In this document: in pieces, positions 62,219-64,000 of the stretch
Position numbering within the stretch: position 1 is the first letter of the stretch
How the letters are laid out: each line of letters begins with the position of its first letter
Assembly (NCBI GenBank): GCA_032718475.1
Contig: JAUCBJ010007522.1
Location: 62,001-126,000 of the forward strand
Direction of reading: 5' to 3'
Length of the DNA stretch: 64,000 bases
Source: Nemertoderma westbladi
Taxonomy: Eukaryota; Animalia; Xenacoelomorpha
The notes under the pieces: generated by a model
The model's input: the letters and a program-made list of their open reading frames with translations, nothing else
What the model was told of the DNA's origin: nothing
Database searches by the model: none
Position numbers and translations under genes: made by a program

Positions 62219-63521
62219 ATGGATTTAATTGAAGATGATCACGAATTAAGGGAGCGATATATTCGGGCTATGAAGGAATTATTGGATGGTCTCTCAATTG
62301 GATCACCGACGAACAACCCCTATCTCGATATGCTGAGCCGTAAATGATGGATGAGCAACTCAGATGGGAGTTCAACTATTGTAGTTCCCCGAATTACCTT
62401 ACACAAACCGAGATGTTTGAACTCTCTTTGACGAGCGAACCAAGAATCGCAATCCTTGATCACCGAATCCTTTATCACATTTGGACGCTTTTGACTAGAG
62501 AGTACAGTCAAGTGAGTTCCCCGAGATCAGCGAGTATTCCCCTCCACGTCAACCGCTGCCCATTGTGAATGTGGCGACTGTCACGATTTAATGAATAGAC
62601 TCTAACTGACTCGAGACATCATCCGTGGAACAGTTGTCTCCAGTATATCTGAAGTCAATCAGAAATTCTCGATCCTTTCGACTACTGCATATATGAGTCG
62701 AATGACATCATGTATCGAGATTCTAGCGTTGTTGGAACAGCTCAACCAAACCATGGAAATTGAGCTGACCGCCAGTCTGGTGGCGAGTATAGGACACAGT
62801 AGACTCTGTACGAACAACAAAGAGTTTGGTCGCCCGACATAGAGTTATAACATAGGGTCATTGACCGTATGGACAGCTGTTTCGAACGAAATTACCTCCA
62901 TAGTACAATTCCTGATGATAATGAGTCCTACAGTATCGTCAAAGTAATTCAACAAGTTCCCAAAGACGGCGATTCCTTCTTCGAGAAATCATCCCGAGTT
63001 GAGGGAGACGGGGTGCCGCAAGGTTAAAACAAATCGACATCGGGACCATGTATCCAATTTCCAATGAACCTAAGCAGTTCATGACAACAACTAAAACATT
63101 CGCAGTCCCGACGCAGCCGTATTAATACATGTGTTGGACTTACCTCCGATAAAACCGAGACGAGATACCAATATTGGGTATGGGAAATTACTGAAGCGGT
63201 CTACTGCGAGACAGCACCGATAACTTCAGACGGGTAACGAACAGCTGAACACCTCTATCCATCCGCGCATATGCTGGAAAGGTTCTTGTTGCTGACGTTC
63301 TAGAACTGCGCCCATTCCCAGATGACACCTTGGTGGAGTCACTTACCCATTACCCAAACACCCTCGATATGATTACCAAGGGCGAAGTTGGCAGATTAAA
63401 GTCGGAAAGGTCAAGAAGGAAGGTTAAACAAGGTAGATTGAGCCTGCTGCGGAGATTAAGAGAATTGAGTCTTCCAAATTGTAAATTCTGTTTATTTAAC
63501 AAGAACTTGTTAAATTTGTAG
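62219..63521 (+). pseudogene. Accessory ORF3 of BEL-3 (decayed; homologue of BEL-2 ORF3)
   Basis: MDLIEDDHELRERYIRAMKELLDGL...EQLRWEFNY...CECGDC...HHPWNSC...FDYCIYES, with a basic C-terminal piece. Confidence 0.55.
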
Positions 63522-63590
63522 ACTTTGTTTATTAAGCAGAACTTGTTTTACAAGTTGTAGTATGTACTTAGCCTCAACTCTCGGGAACGG

Positions 63591-64000
63591 TGTTAATGCC
63601 ACTAGTGAATGGCATTTACCTCGCAGGCTCGCCCCATATTGTTAATTTACTTCTGCCAGGGAATTATTATGTTATACGGCAAGGGCCATGCAGAATAGCT
63701 CTGATTGGCTAATACCCATTTGCATTCAGCTTACCAGCCCCAGCCTATATATAGTATAGCATTATATCAGTTGGTCAGCCTAACTATTGAAGATTTATTA
63801 GTTAACAGCTCACTAGCTGTTAGTAGATTTGTGGGTCGGAATATTCACGTCAATTCGTGATATTGCCGATGTCAATTTGTGATATTGATTCGTATTATGT
63901 CGATTTATTGTTTGCCTATTAATTAATTTGTTATATCAGTTGAATTATTGCGATTTATGTTATTATTATGTTATCGATAAAGATAAAGAGAATGGATTCA
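63591..64000 (+). repeat. 3' LTR of BEL-3 (partial)
   Basis: Matches 42414-42528 plus 45068-45354; directly preceded by the PPT. Confidence 0.95.

Larger units (their letters stand above)
42414..64000 (+). mobile_element. BEL/Pao element BEL-3 (related to BEL-2) with nested L2 and Gypsy; 3' LTR runs off the window
   Basis: LTR start TGTTAATGCCACTAG at 42414 and 63591; PPT GGGAACGG at 63583; gag-PR-RT-RH-IN remnants over 47678-60539. Confidence 0.93.

Overview
AT-rich eukaryotic, probably invertebrate, transposon-dense region with no securely identifiable host gene. From left to right: (1) the end of a Polinton/Maverick (adintovirus-like) element (integrase, pX-like core protein, packaging ATPase, RING protein; ...ACTACT terminus at 4245) abutting a decayed BEL/Pao gag; (2) a tRNA-derived SINE; (3) a decayed BEL/Pao element (BEL-1, +) with a second, internally deleted BEL element (BEL-2, -, 19568-31742, TSD ACAGG) inserted at the end of its integrase; (4) MITE/DNA-transposon remnants and minisatellites; (5) a 2.4-kb satellite amplified from a LINE RT coding segment; (6) a third BEL element (BEL-3, +, 42414 to beyond 64000) carrying an L2-type LINE in its 5' LTR and an RT-less Gypsy element (54967-59654, TSD GACAT) in its integrase. 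Three observations stand out. BEL-2 and BEL-3 share an extra, non-env ORF downstream of pol, preceded by a conserved structured-RNA module. A ~90% identical copy of that module sits in the 5' leader of the unrelated Gypsy element. BEL-2, and probably BEL-3, has no tRNA PBS; the bases just inside the 5' LTR are instead complementary to a site in the element's own LTR, the geometry of Tf1-type self-priming. All calls come from reading the sequence by eye; no searches were run.
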